DNA from: a virus
Direction: 5' to 3' (one strand)
IMG/VR virus record: IMGVR_UViG_3300047491_001507
Length of the DNA: 42,384 nucleotides
In this document: positions 7,411 to 16,506 of the stretch, piece by piece
How positions within the stretch are numbered: position 1 is the stretch's first letter
Layout: every line of letters starts with the position of its first letter
Position numbers and translations under genes: made by a program
Notes under the pieces: model-generated
What the model saw: the letters and a program-made list of their open reading frames with translations, nothing else
What the model was told of the DNA's origin: nothing
Databases searched by the model: none

Positions 7411-8160
7411 TTATTTCCACATTAACTTATATCCAAAACTCACCATCAATTCAATATCTAATTGAGAATTAACAAACTCTAACAATTCAGGAGTGTATCT
7501 ATTTAAATACTCTTCCTTTAAATAATAATCTTTTTTGTCGAATTCATCTTCTTCAATTGTCAATTGTTCTCCTGAAGGTTTGAAGGTTTGAGAACAGCCA
7601 ACAAACTCCGATTTTTCCTTCAGATTTAAAACCGAAGAAATTTGATGTATTGTAACCTTAGGATCTTCTAACAATGCTTCATAAGTAACAAAACACAATT
7701 GTTTTTGTGTCATACGAATGCTAGACCAATGATAATTCATGTTGTTCCAATGCTGTACGGGGTTGGACGCTCTGATTAAATAGGGAATATCCTTTTGTCT
7801 TTCAAAAATCGCTCTCTGTGTGACAAAATCTTCAAAGGAAATTCCAGCAAGATCTGGCCCTATCCTCAATTTCCTATTTGGCCCCCAGTAATCATACATA
7901 GAAACAAGCCAAGAATATGGATTTTTAATAATCACCACAACATGAATTTCTTTATTTAAAATCCAGGGAGCAACATAGGGGCCATGTTTCCAACCAGCCA
8001 CATTAACCAACAATTTTGTGTCCTCAAAATTATTAGCAATCAAATGAGCTAGATAATTGGTCCCAGATCGTTGCAATCCATGAATTTTGACACATTCAAT
8101 ATTAGGATCGATTTGCATAAGTGCTTTAATGTAGTAATGTAAATCATAAATCAAATGCAT
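7411..8160 (-). CDS. Sulfotransferase-family protein (cytosolic type).
   Basis: 5'-PSB-like P-loop GLQRSGTNYLAHL near the N-terminus. A later IIKNPYSW motif resembles the 3'-PB region. Confidence 0.4.
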   Translation of the reverse strand: MHLIYDLHYYIKALMQIDPNIECVKIHGLQRSGTNYLAHLIANNFEDTKLLVNVAGWKHGPYVAPWILNKEIHVVVIIKNPYSWLVSMYDYWGPNRKLRIGPDLAGISFEDFVTQRAIFERQKDIPYLIRASNPVQHWNNMNYHWSSIRMTQKQLCFVTYEALLEDPKVTIHQISSVLNLKEKSEFVGCSQTFKPSGEQLTIEEDEFDKKDYYLKEEYLNRYTPELLEFVNSQLDIELMVSFGYKLMWK

Positions 8161-8182
8161 AAATAATCAAGAGGCATATTTA

Positions 8183-9961
8183 ATGACGCTATACACACCA
8201 GGAACCTACACATATACCGTCCCCGCAGGCGTTGATTCAATTTACGTCATATGCCAAGGTGCTGGTGCTGGCGGATCTAATGGTACAGTTGGTGCTGGTG
8301 GACGAGGTGGTGGTGGTGGCGGTTGGAATGACGGCATTTTGCTTGTAACAGAAGGCGAACAATTCACAATAACCGTTGGTGCCGGTGCTACTGCTGGCAA
8401 TTGGGCCAATGGAACAGATATCCAAGGAATTGACAATCCTTCCAAAATGATAGGAGCAGGCGGTGGCGGAACGATTGGAGATAATAGTCTAGGTGGCGAT
8501 GGAACCTACCATGGTGGCGATGGCGGCGATCCAGGTGGAGGCTCTGGTGGTGGTGGTGGTGGTGCTGGATCTGGCGGAACAAATACAACTAATGGATCGG
8601 CAGGCAGTTCTGGGGTTGGTGGTGCTGGAGGGTTCGAAGGTGGTGGTACTGGTGGAGTAGCTTTCGCCAACGGATCAGACGGAGAAGGTGGTGGTGGTGG
8701 TGGCGGTGGTGGCTCTGGAACTATGCCAGGAAATGTTGGCCTTGGAGGCAAAGGTGGAGATGGCAGCTTAGAACTATTAGAACTATCTTCTAGTTCTAGT
8801 ATGAGTCCTTCAGCAAGCCCTTCGGCCAGTACAAGTCCCAGCCCAAGTCCTTCACTAAGCCCCTCTGCTAGTGCAAGTCCTTCATTGAGTCCTTCGGCTA
8901 GTACAAGTCCTTCATTAAGCCCTTCTGCAAGCATCAGCCCTTCATTGAGTCCTTCGGCTAGTAAAAGTCCTTCATTAAGCCCTTCTGCGAGCATCAGCCC
9001 CTCATTGAGTCCTTCGGCCAGTATAAGTCCAAGTTTAAGTCCTTCTGCCAGTAAGAGTCCTTCTGCTAGTCCAAGTATAAGTCCTTCAACAAGCCCTTCT
9101 GCTAGTGTCAGTCCAAGTTTAAGCCCTTCTGCTAGTGTCAGTCCAAGTTTAAGCCCTTCTGCTAGTAAGAGTCCTTCTGCTAGTCCAAGTATAAGTCCTT
9201 CATTAAGTCCTTCAGCCAGTACAAGTCCAAGTCTAAGCCCTTCGGCCAGTAAGAGTCCTTCTGCCAGTCCGAGCCTAAGTCCAAGTGCCAGTGCCAGTCC
9301 AAGTATTTCTCCAGCACATGATCGTTATTGGATTAGTGATTCTGATACAAATTGGCACAATGGTTGGAATTGGTCAGACGTAAGTAATGGAATAGGAGGT
9401 GCTGGAATACCTCATAGTGGCAACGCTGTATATTTTGATGGAGGAGGAACAGCAACTTGTATTTTAAACGGAAGTGCGGTTGCAGAAAGTATCACTCTTG
9501 GTTCAAACACTTTAGATGCCAACGGATATTATCTAACGACTGGAGACTTCACTTTTCAAACTGGCGGAATCGCTTATTTTAAAACAGGACAAATTACCAT
9601 CACTGGCAATCTAACTTGTACTGGAGGCAGCATTTATTGGGGCACAAGCACTGTTAAGGTGGCTGGAAATTTCGATTTAAGAAATATTCAATATACTTAC
9701 ATAGGTGTAGCTACGAATGGATTTGGAATCATTCAGTTGAATGGAACAGGCACTCAAAATGTTTATAGTGCCAATCAATTGATACCAATTTGGCAAATTT
9801 CTAAACCTTTAGGATATACATATTTTCAAGATAATTTTGCTTGTAGACAATTTATTGTCTTAGAGCCAGGACAGGGTGTGGTTGGCGGGGCTCATATTTT
9901 CGATATTTATGATGAGTGGATAAATGCCGATCCAAGAAAAGGTTATGGAATTTGGTTGTGA
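8183..9961 (+). CDS. Gly-rich / Ser-Pro-repeat fibre-like structural protein (592 aa).
   Basis: N-terminal TYTYTVPAGV...GAGAGG glycine-rich domain, like those in phage minor tail / fibre proteins. About 15 decapeptide repeats SPSLSPSAS(T/I/K). C-terminal beta-rich domain (GNLTCTGGSIYWGTSTVKVAGNF). Antisense ORFs were rejected. Confidence 0.7.
   Translation: MTLYTPGTYTYTVPAGVDSIYVICQGAGAGGSNGTVGAGGRGGGGGGWNDGILLVTEGEQFTITVGAGATAGNWANGTDIQGIDNPSKMIGAGGGGTIGDNSLGGDGTYHGGDGGDPGGGSGGGGGGAGSGGTNTTNGSAGSSGVGGAGGFEGGGTGGVAFANGSDGEGGGGGGGGGSGTMPGNVGLGGKGGDGSLELLELSSSSSMSPSASPSASTSPSPSPSLSPSASASPSLSPSASTSPSLSPSASISPSLSPSASKSPSLSPSASISPSLSPSASISPSLSPSASKSPSASPSISPSTSPSASVSPSLSPSASVSPSLSPSASKSPSASPSISPSLSPSASTSPSLSPSASKSPSASPSLSPSASASPSISPAHDRYWISDSDTNWHNGWNWSDVSNGIGGAGIPHSGNAVYFDGGGTATCILNGSAVAESITLGSNTLDANGYYLTTGDFTFQTGGIAYFKTGQITITGNLTCTGGSIYWGTSTVKVAGNFDLRNIQYTYIGVATNGFGIIQLNGTGTQNVYSANQLIPIWQISKPLGYTYFQDNFACRQFIVLEPGQGVVGGAHIFDIYDEWINADPRKGYGIWL
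8801..9315 (+). repeat. Coding tandem repeat, about 15 x 30 nt, encoding SPSLSPSAS(T/I/K).
   Basis: Direct reading. The units differ mostly at wobble positions and at one residue per unit. Confidence 0.85.
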
Positions 9962-10012
9962 AATATAATTATCAATCATAAATAAAGTACACAAATTTAC
10001 AAGGCAGGACAT

Positions 10013-10207
10013 ATGATAAAAGACATGGAAAACGCAATGTTGTTTGGAGTGTGTTCGGGATTGGGAAAACAATTCAACCTTAATCCTAACGGACTTCGCC
10101 TGCTTTTAGTTATATTGACATTATTAGGAGCAGGGCTTCCTCTAGTAATTTACATCATTTTAGCAATTATAATGCCACAAGAGGTTAAGAATGAAAAAGA
10201 TATATAG
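10013..10207 (+). CDS. PspC-domain small membrane protein.
   Basis: MLFGVCSGLGKQFNLNPNGLRLLLVIL...YIILAIIMP matches the PspC signature (GVCxGLA...R...). One TM helix. Confidence 0.65.
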   Translation: MIKDMENAMLFGVCSGLGKQFNLNPNGLRLLLVILTLLGAGLPLVIYIILAIIMPQEVKNEKDI

Positions 10208-11051
10208 AGAATTTCTCGATAGCAAAGTAACAACTAGCGTTAAAGGAGATAATGTTTATCCCAAAACGCCACCAAAAGCACCCAAAGGACATAAAAATCC
10301 TTATGTTGCCACAGGAAAAAACAAAGCAAATGCCAAAACAGGTTTAGGCGATATGGGCGACAAAGTTCTCAAAATTCCATCCAAAAGCTATTATACCATG
10401 GAGCAAATTCAACTTTCCAAAATGGTAGTTGACAATTTGAAGTCCAATCCATTATTTGCAGAACAATTGGTACATGAGCTAAAAAATAGTGGAACGCTCT
10501 CCAGTGTCATAGCAGAAATGCTACAACACAAAGCAACCTATCAATATATTTCAGAAGTTATGTCCCATCGTGAATATGGACCAGTTGTTTGTAACAAACT
10601 AGTAAAAGCTATGAATGAAGAAGTAGCTGCTCCATTTGTTCAAGATCTTGGACAAAAAAGCCAAGAAAATCTTCAAGACGCCGATCAAGAAAATGAAGAC
10701 GAAGAAGACGAGGATTTAGACTTTGATGATCTTGATGATGAAGAAATTGGCGACGAAGAAGACGAAGAGGATGAAGACGGAGACAAAGAAGAAGACATGG
10801 AAAATCCAGAAGGCATGGGCGAAGAAGAGATGGAAGAAATGCCAATGGATGCACCAATGGGCACCCCAGGACAGCCTGGAATGCCTCCTATGTCAGGATT
10901 CCCTGGAGCGGCACAACAACCAATGCCAGGAGTAGATATGCAACAAGGCATGATGCCAGGAGATATGTCGGCAATGGGAGGCATGCCCTCAATGCCACAA
11001 GCTCCCGCTATGAGAAATTTCAATAATGCTATGATGATGAGACGCTGGTAG
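10191..11051 (+). CDS. Hypothetical protein with a long acidic (DE) tract and a Pro/Gly/Met-rich C-terminus. Possibly a scaffold or internal virion protein.
   Basis: GAGG RBS. The ORF ends at a bidirectional terminator. Confidence 0.55.
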   Translation: MKKIYREFLDSKVTTSVKGDNVYPKTPPKAPKGHKNPYVATGKNKANAKTGLGDMGDKVLKIPSKSYYTMEQIQLSKMVVDNLKSNPLFAEQLVHELKNSGTLSSVIAEMLQHKATYQYISEVMSHREYGPVVCNKLVKAMNEEVAAPFVQDLGQKSQENLQDADQENEDEEDEDLDFDDLDDEEIGDEEDEEDEDGDKEEDMENPEGMGEEEMEEMPMDAPMGTPGQPGMPPMSGFPGAAQQPMPGVDMQQGMMPGDMSAMGGMPSMPQAPAMRNFNNAMMMRRW

Positions 11052-11070
11052 GCATCATTGTTTGCGAAAA

Positions 11071-11094
11071 CCGCCCTTCGTGGGCGGTTTTTTT
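11071..11094. terminator. Bidirectional intrinsic terminator between convergent genes.
   Basis: CCGCCC-ttcgt-GGGCGG followed by T7 on the plus strand and T4 on the minus strand. Confidence 0.8.
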
Positions 11095-12439
11095 ATTTAA
11101 TTGGTTTGCCAGAAAATCTCACCTTCATTTGAAGACCGCCACGAGCAGGACTTAAAAATCGACTAAAGCTTAAATTGTGTATGATCGGTTCTACATCATG
11201 TAGTCGCAAACAATAAGCTACTAAACTGCCACAAACACTTCCTCGCCCTGGACCAACACACTCCGAGCCATCTCCAAAACCTAAAATTTCCTTCCCTGCA
11301 CTTCTCGCTTCATCAATCATTTCTTTTTGAATCAAAAAATAGCTAGAAAATCCTTTTTTGGAAATAAGCTCATATTCCTCCTTGATGCGATTTCTATATT
11401 CTTCAGTATCAGGACATCTTCTAGCTTTCAATCCTTTTTGAGTTTCTTGCCACAAAATCATATCAGGAGCATCTACCTTAGGAAATTTAATTTCTCTATT
11501 TAACTGCACGCCTTTACACGATTTAGCAATCTTAACAGAATTTAATTTGGCTTGTTTGAACAATTCGTAATCTATATTATCTTGATAATCTTTTTCCCAC
11601 TTTTCGTTAAGCTCATCTTCACTTTTCATCCATAAATTAGAATCTTGCAGTTCGAATGCATCTTCTTCTGCATTGATCATAGCCTCAACTTCTTGAATGG
11701 TCCTTTTGTTTTTTTGCATCAACATCAAACGTTGATTAAGAGAATGTGCGCCAATGCAATAATGAGTGTCTTGAGTCAGTACTAAAGGAACGCCAAATTT
11801 ATCATGAGCTTTGATCAAAAATGAATTGTAATCTTTTTGACCTTTAAAATCCAACATCATAATTTCAAGTCTGAAATTAGGCGAAAACATCTCTTGGTAC
11901 AAACGTACCATATCCATTGCTGCATCTTCGCCATCATTCATTAAGGCATTGGCAATTTCGCTATTTGCACATCCACTTAGAAAGATCAAGCCTTTTTTGT
12001 GTCTTTTTAAGACTTCCCGAGTAACTCGTGGTTTGCGATAAAAGCCATGAATCCAACCCCAAGATGAAACCTGTACTAAATTAGAATAACCTTCATCTGT
12101 TGCAGCAAGAATTGTTAAGTGACAAGACTTATCAAATTTCTTTTGCAGATGTTCTGGCAAATCCTTGCGAAAATCAGCCGATTCTTGACGTACCTGAACT
12201 TCAGGCTGCATATCGTTAACATATGCTTCCATAGCAAAAATTGGATGCAGATTATGTCTTTCACATTCTGTAATTTGGCTTGGAACCGCTCCCATTACTC
12301 CGTGATCAGTAACACATAGGTGTTTTTGATTTAATTGCGGCATCCGTTCCGCATATTCGGCAACTGTAGCAAACCCATCAAGGAGCGAAAATGAGGTATG
12401 ACGATGAAGGTGTTCAAATCCACAAACCGGATGATTCAT
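11093..12439 (-). CDS. DnaE (Pol III alpha)-like N-terminal fragment: PHP domain plus the start of the polymerase core. It stops before the catalytic aspartates.
   Basis: HLHRHTSFSLLDG PHP motif. C-terminal GPGRGSVCGSLVAYCLRLHDVEPI...SRFLSPARGG matches the DnaE GPGRGS...ERFLNPER block. The stop follows immediately, then the terminator. No continuation is encoded downstream. Confidence 0.65.
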   Translation of the reverse strand: MNHPVCGFEHLHRHTSFSLLDGFATVAEYAERMPQLNQKHLCVTDHGVMGAVPSQITECERHNLHPIFAMEAYVNDMQPEVQVRQESADFRKDLPEHLQKKFDKSCHLTILAATDEGYSNLVQVSSWGWIHGFYRKPRVTREVLKRHKKGLIFLSGCANSEIANALMNDGEDAAMDMVRLYQEMFSPNFRLEIMMLDFKGQKDYNSFLIKAHDKFGVPLVLTQDTHYCIGAHSLNQRLMLMQKNKRTIQEVEAMINAEEDAFELQDSNLWMKSEDELNEKWEKDYQDNIDYELFKQAKLNSVKIAKSCKGVQLNREIKFPKVDAPDMILWQETQKGLKARRCPDTEEYRNRIKEEYELISKKGFSSYFLIQKEMIDEARSAGKEILGFGDGSECVGPGRGSVCGSLVAYCLRLHDVEPIIHNLSFSRFLSPARGGLQMKVRFSGKPIK

Positions 12440-12442
12440 AAG

Positions 12443-12658
12443 TTACTGCTTTTTATTTGGTGCTTGTTGTTCGGCCCAGTCATCAAAACTGTTTTGCAAG
12501 ATTATAACTTCTTCATCAATCGCTTTCAAGTCTGCCTTGTGCTTTTCATATAAAGCTTTAAATTCAGCAATTAATTGCTTTTTACGTTCGTGCAAAGCGG
12601 TGATTTGACCAGAAAACTCTGCAAACTTGTCGGACAATAATAATTCAGGTGATAACAT
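12443..12658 (-). CDS. Small coiled-coil hypothetical protein (71 aa).
   Basis: Fits tightly between flanking genes on the same strand. Confidence 0.4.
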   Translation of the reverse strand: MLSPELLLSDKFAEFSGQITALHERKKQLIAEFKALYEKHKADLKAIDEEVIILQNSFDDWAEQQAPNKKQ

Positions 12659-13471
12659 TTAAATTCTCCTTTGGGTTTTTACCCAATCAATACCTTCTTT
12701 AAATAATTTTTCAAAACGAATATAAGCGATGTTTTTACAATAATGACAGGATTTATCTTTATCTTTAAAGATAACAGACTTTAAATCGCCATCCCTTTTG
12801 CAATAAACATCAAGACCTGGACGGCATAATTCATTAATCCTTCCCGTCTTTATAGCTTGCATGAATAATGCTTTTAACATATCTAAATGATTATAACAAG
12901 ACGAAATCCATTGTTTAAATAAACTTTTGATTAAAATCTTCACTGAATTAGACTTGATCCAATAATAGGCATCATCATCTTTCTTGTGCAATAAATAAAA
13001 ATGATTTTTTGCAACAGAATGATCCCAATTTCTTTTAGCCAGTAAAATACCCTGAAGATCTTCTGGAATCCAATCTGAACATGGAAATTCAGTACAGACT
13101 TCAATCGGTCTGGGTTTCACCAAATGAACATCTCTGCCACCATCAAAAATCATATGACGATCAGCGTAATTCTCTATAAAACAATAAATTCTGGCAAATT
13201 CGATTCCTAAATCGCAGCCTTTACCAGAATGTCTTGATTTGTCTTGTATTAAAACTTCTCTGCCAGAATATCTCAAGGCAATATCTGCGGCTTCAAAATC
13301 CTTTTTCGTATGATACAAGTCAGAGAACCAAACTTGTTTCGGATTATTGATTTTCAACAATTCGTATAACGGCATCAGGTCATAGTGTTTAAATGATTTT
13401 ATTGCCTTTTTGACATCAGCATCAGATTGACTGAGTCTTTCTCTTCTTTCTAATTCATTAAATTCAGTCAT
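12659..13471 (-). CDS. Hypothetical protein (270 aa).
   Basis: Long ORF abutting neighbours on both sides (1-nt overlap with the ClpP-like gene). Confidence 0.55.
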   Translation of the reverse strand: MTEFNELERRERLSQSDADVKKAIKSFKHYDLMPLYELLKINNPKQVWFSDLYHTKKDFEAADIALRYSGREVLIQDKSRHSGKGCDLGIEFARIYCFIENYADRHMIFDGGRDVHLVKPRPIEVCTEFPCSDWIPEDLQGILLAKRNWDHSVAKNHFYLLHKKDDDAYYWIKSNSVKILIKSLFKQWISSCYNHLDMLKALFMQAIKTGRINELCRPGLDVYCKRDGDLKSVIFKDKDKSCHYCKNIAYIRFEKLFKEGIDWVKTQRRI

Positions 13472-14136
13472 TATGTTTCTCTTAAAGAAGCAACTGTTGG
13501 ATATTGCTTATGTCCTAGAACAAAATCCGCTAATCCAAAAAATACAGTTTCTTCTGCATCTAGATACCAATCGATTTTATCTTTAAGTTTTTTATCAAAA
13601 AAATTGTAGATTGCCTGAACTGTAGTTGACTTTCTTTTCTTAAAGAAAGGTCCTACTACGGCTCTACGAGCAAAAATCTGTAACATACGATTGCACATTT
13701 TTGCTTCAAAATCTACGGCTGATTTTACAGCCATAGGATGATTTTCTGCTCCAATAACTCCATGATGCATCATGAAATGAGCATCTGGCATCATAACTCG
13801 ACATCTTGCCGACTGTAAAATCACCCCGCTCATCGAAGACGCTTGAGCATAACAAAGCATTGTAATATAAGATGTAGCATATTGTATTACATCATAAATT
13901 GCCATGCCATTCCACCAACACCCTCCGACAGAATGAAGATGAACCAAAATTGGCTTAAATGGATTTTGATCCAAAATGTACATATTTTTAGTAAATGTAG
14001 TAGCCATACGATATTCTACCCCTGGTTCTCCATCGCTCTCCTTATCATAAAAAGAATGGAGATAAATATCTCTCAAGGATAAATTGATGCAATGATTATG
14101 TACATCGAACAAAATTTGATCTTTTGATTGTCTCAT
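13471..14136 (-). CDS. ClpP-like (S14) serine protease. Candidate prohead/maturation protease.
   Basis: Nucleophile motif CYAQASSMSGVIL (compare GQAASMG). His motif MMHHGV. Overall ClpP-like length. Confidence 0.7.
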   Translation of the reverse strand: MRQSKDQILFDVHNHCINLSLRDIYLHSFYDKESDGEPGVEYRMATTFTKNMYILDQNPFKPILVHLHSVGGCWWNGMAIYDVIQYATSYITMLCYAQASSMSGVILQSARCRVMMPDAHFMMHHGVIGAENHPMAVKSAVDFEAKMCNRMLQIFARRAVVGPFFKKRKSTTVQAIYNFFDKKLKDKIDWYLDAEETVFFGLADFVLGHKQYPTVASLRET

Positions 14137-14212
14137 TCCAAATTAATTTTACACAAATAAACTAAATACGTACAGGTGTATTTTTTAATATAGTTACAAA
14201 ATTGGGGGAAAA

Positions 14213-14656
14213 TTGAATAAATTCAAGATTTGGTTAGAAGCTGAAGCTAGCATGGGCTCCCAAATGCCAGACATGTATCCTCATAACAACACGAATGCTC
14301 CTGCATCCAATGCAATAATTCAAACCGGATTACAGCCCCAAGTAGATACCCAACCCATGAAAATGGAGCCGGATCAGGACAAAATCTCAGCCATTGATTC
14401 TGGAATTGCTCATTTCAAAAATCAATTACCTGAGAAAGGCGGCGAAAAAGTAGAAAAATTCTTAAAATTATTTAAGAATTTTGAAGCAAAATGGGAAAAA
14501 ATCAAAAATGCAAATAATGTCCAAAATCAAGAAACTGGACTTGGAAATGTGCAAAACCAACCATATGCTGATTTTGCACAAAAAACCCCTAATGCACTAC
14601 CAGTTGGATTAGGGGCAGATGGAAATACAGGTCCAGGGATTTTTGGCAATCACTAA
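14213..14656 (+). CDS. Hypothetical Gln/Asn-rich protein (TTG start per the ORF track; alternative ATG at 14252).
   Basis: GGGGG sits 5 nt upstream of the TTG. Confidence 0.4.
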   Translation: MNKFKIWLEAEASMGSQMPDMYPHNNTNAPASNAIIQTGLQPQVDTQPMKMEPDQDKISAIDSGIAHFKNQLPEKGGEKVEKFLKLFKNFEAKWEKIKNANNVQNQETGLGNVQNQPYADFAQKTPNALPVGLGADGNTGPGIFGNH

Positions 14657-15456
14657 GATTTCTCAGGACGTTTTGTATTAACGTTCTTTTTCTCCCAAAC
14701 CATATTCTTGATACCCACAAAGTTGGCTAACTTTTGGGGATTGTCTTTTTCAATGTCGAAAATAATAAATTTCTCATTTTCTCCACCAAAATAGTCAACC
14801 ATATTCTTCTGTTGCCAATTGTGCCAATTGATCAAATCTTTATCTAAACCGCCCACCCCTCTTGGTAATCCAGGAATATCTAAAGAAATTAACTTACCCC
14901 TCATGTTGTACCATCGATTGATAGAACTAATCCACTTGTCCAAAGGACGAGTGTTGAAAATAAACTTGCTATTTGGATATTGCTTATCCAAAGTAGGTAC
15001 ATCTACTAACTGAGGCCAATAGCACAATTCTTCAGAGGAACTTGTGTCCATTTGAGTAAAAGCTTCAAAGTCAGGCATATAATGCAAAAGTGGTAAATTT
15101 TCCTTTTTTGCCCATTGAATTAGTGATCCGACACACACCAAAGAAGCTTTGTATCTGTTCACATGGTGCAAATACTCCCTGTTACGCACATTAAGTGCCC
15201 AATGAACAGAATCAATACCAGCACTTTGCAGAGAATATTGAATAGAACAAGTTCCAGCCTTAGGAAAACCTACGTTAAATATCTTGCCAAATTGAGAAAA
15301 TGCAATTACAGAGGCTAATTTTAAAAATCTTATAGCCCAAATCGATAATTTAGCCTGAAATATAGATCCAATTACTGTAAATGAAGTGCCGGATTTAACT
15401 GTCATACCGGCTATAATCAAAGAACTAGTAGTAGCTAACATACAATTACCCCTCAA
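14653..15456 (-). CDS. Membrane-anchored sulfotransferase-like protein.
   Basis: N-terminal TM helix. GFPKAGTCSIQYSL resembles the PKSGTT 5'-PSB loop. IFNTRPLDKWISS resembles the 3'-PB region. Confidence 0.4.
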   Translation of the reverse strand: MRGNCMLATTSSLIIAGMTVKSGTSFTVIGSIFQAKLSIWAIRFLKLASVIAFSQFGKIFNVGFPKAGTCSIQYSLQSAGIDSVHWALNVRNREYLHHVNRYKASLVCVGSLIQWAKKENLPLLHYMPDFEAFTQMDTSSSEELCYWPQLVDVPTLDKQYPNSKFIFNTRPLDKWISSINRWYNMRGKLISLDIPGLPRGVGGLDKDLINWHNWQQKNMVDYFGGENEKFIIFDIEKDNPQKLANFVGIKNMVWEKKNVNTKRPEKS

Positions 15457-15552
15457 TTAAACATATTTAGTATTATTATGATTTATAATACCAGTTTATA
15501 TGTGGGGATTTTATACATTACAAATGAGGGGGTTTCCCCATAATTGAATCTT

Positions 15553-16506
15553 TTAAGTAGTTAAAAACTGCTTATGTCTAAATTCTTCTAGATTCTTAGC
15601 ATCAAAATAGCTCATAGAGCTTCTTAGCCCATCTGAGAATCTTGCCACAATCTGTTCTAAAGTTTCATTGTTGAAATCCAACAATACCGTCTTGCCCTCA
15701 ATATATTTAGGTTTGTCTCTATAAATAGACTGAATCTCAAATGAGGCAGAACCATGATAGACCTTATAAAACCTACCATCCCGCTTAATTAGATCTGCGG
15801 GGCTATCGCTGGCGGCAGCTAGCACAGATCCCAACATTACCACATCTGCTCCAATTGCTAAAGCTTTGCAAAAATGTTCTGTGTTTTTAATCCCGCCATC
15901 AGCAATGATCAAAGCTTTAAGATATCCTTCATCCTTAACTTTACGACATTCCTTAATCAAAGAACCCATGGGTTGATATACGCCAGTGGAGTCTTTGGTG
16001 GTACAAGCGTTTCCTCCAGCTATTCCAACACGAACCCCGATAACATTGTCAAGATTTGCACACCACACAAAAGTTTCTGCCGATGCCACATTTCCTACAA
16101 TAAACTTAACATCGTCATGTATGCCAATCAGTTTTTCAATGCATTTTTTAACTAAGATATTGGCTCCATTAGCCGTATCAACACAAAATACCCTGCAACC
16201 AGCATTATATAAAGCTTCAAATCGTTCTACAAAATCACCATTAACACCAATTGCAGCAGCCATTTCATGAAATCTACAATAATCATTATGCTGTTCTTCT
16301 ATAGAAGAAAAACGATGCAGAATGCCATAGCATCCATTTCTGACCAATTTCTGACCAAATGCTCCATCACATACATCTCGCATTGGAGAAGCAATGATAG
16401 GCATTTTAAGTTTAGCATTGCCAATTGTCACCGAAGTGTTTATTGCTTCTCTGGAAATGATATTAGAAACCACTCTTGGAATTAAATATATGTCGTCTAG
16501 ATTCAT
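15553..16506 (-). CDS. guaC: GMP reductase / IMP dehydrogenase-family TIM-barrel protein (GuaC-like).
   Basis: PIIASPMRDV, catalytic-loop region GIAGGNACTTK, and IIADGGI...ALAIGADVVMLG motifs. Confidence 0.75.
   Translation of the reverse strand: MNLDDIYLIPRVVSNIISREAINTSVTIGNAKLKMPIIASPMRDVCDGAFGQKLVRNGCYGILHRFSSIEEQHNDYCRFHEMAAAIGVNGDFVERFEALYNAGCRVFCVDTANGANILVKKCIEKLIGIHDDVKFIVGNVASAETFVWCANLDNVIGVRVGIAGGNACTTKDSTGVYQPMGSLIKECRKVKDEGYLKALIIADGGIKNTEHFCKALAIGADVVMLGSVLAAASDSPADLIKRDGRFYKVYHGSASFEIQSIYRDKPKYIEGKTVLLDFNNETLEQIVARFSDGLRSSMSYFDAKNLEEFRHKQFLTT

Noticed and set aside
8506-8994. Minus-strand ORF with AEGLNEGL repeats, and other antisense ORFs at 8237-8588.
   Set aside because: They are exact antisense reads of the Ser/Pro and Gly repeat region of the plus-strand fibre gene, which has the coherent domain structure. 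These are repeat artefacts.
8801-9315. Possible CRISPR array suggested by regular 30-nt periodicity.
   Set aside because: The units are contiguous, with no spacers, and lie in-frame inside a protein-coding gene. There are no flanking cas genes.
10609-11023. Antisense ORFs inside the acidic-protein gene (10609..10857, 10685..11023, 10723..10935).
   Set aside because: They are low-complexity mirror frames of the GAA/GAT-rich acidic tract, with no RBS. The plus-strand frame is bounded by an RBS and a terminator.
15525-15545. GGGGG-ttt-CCCC hairpin after the GMP reductase gene as a terminator.
   Set aside because: Only a 4-5 bp stem and no proper U-run on the minus strand. It is more likely part of the promoter/UTR of the next gene. 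Noted but not called.
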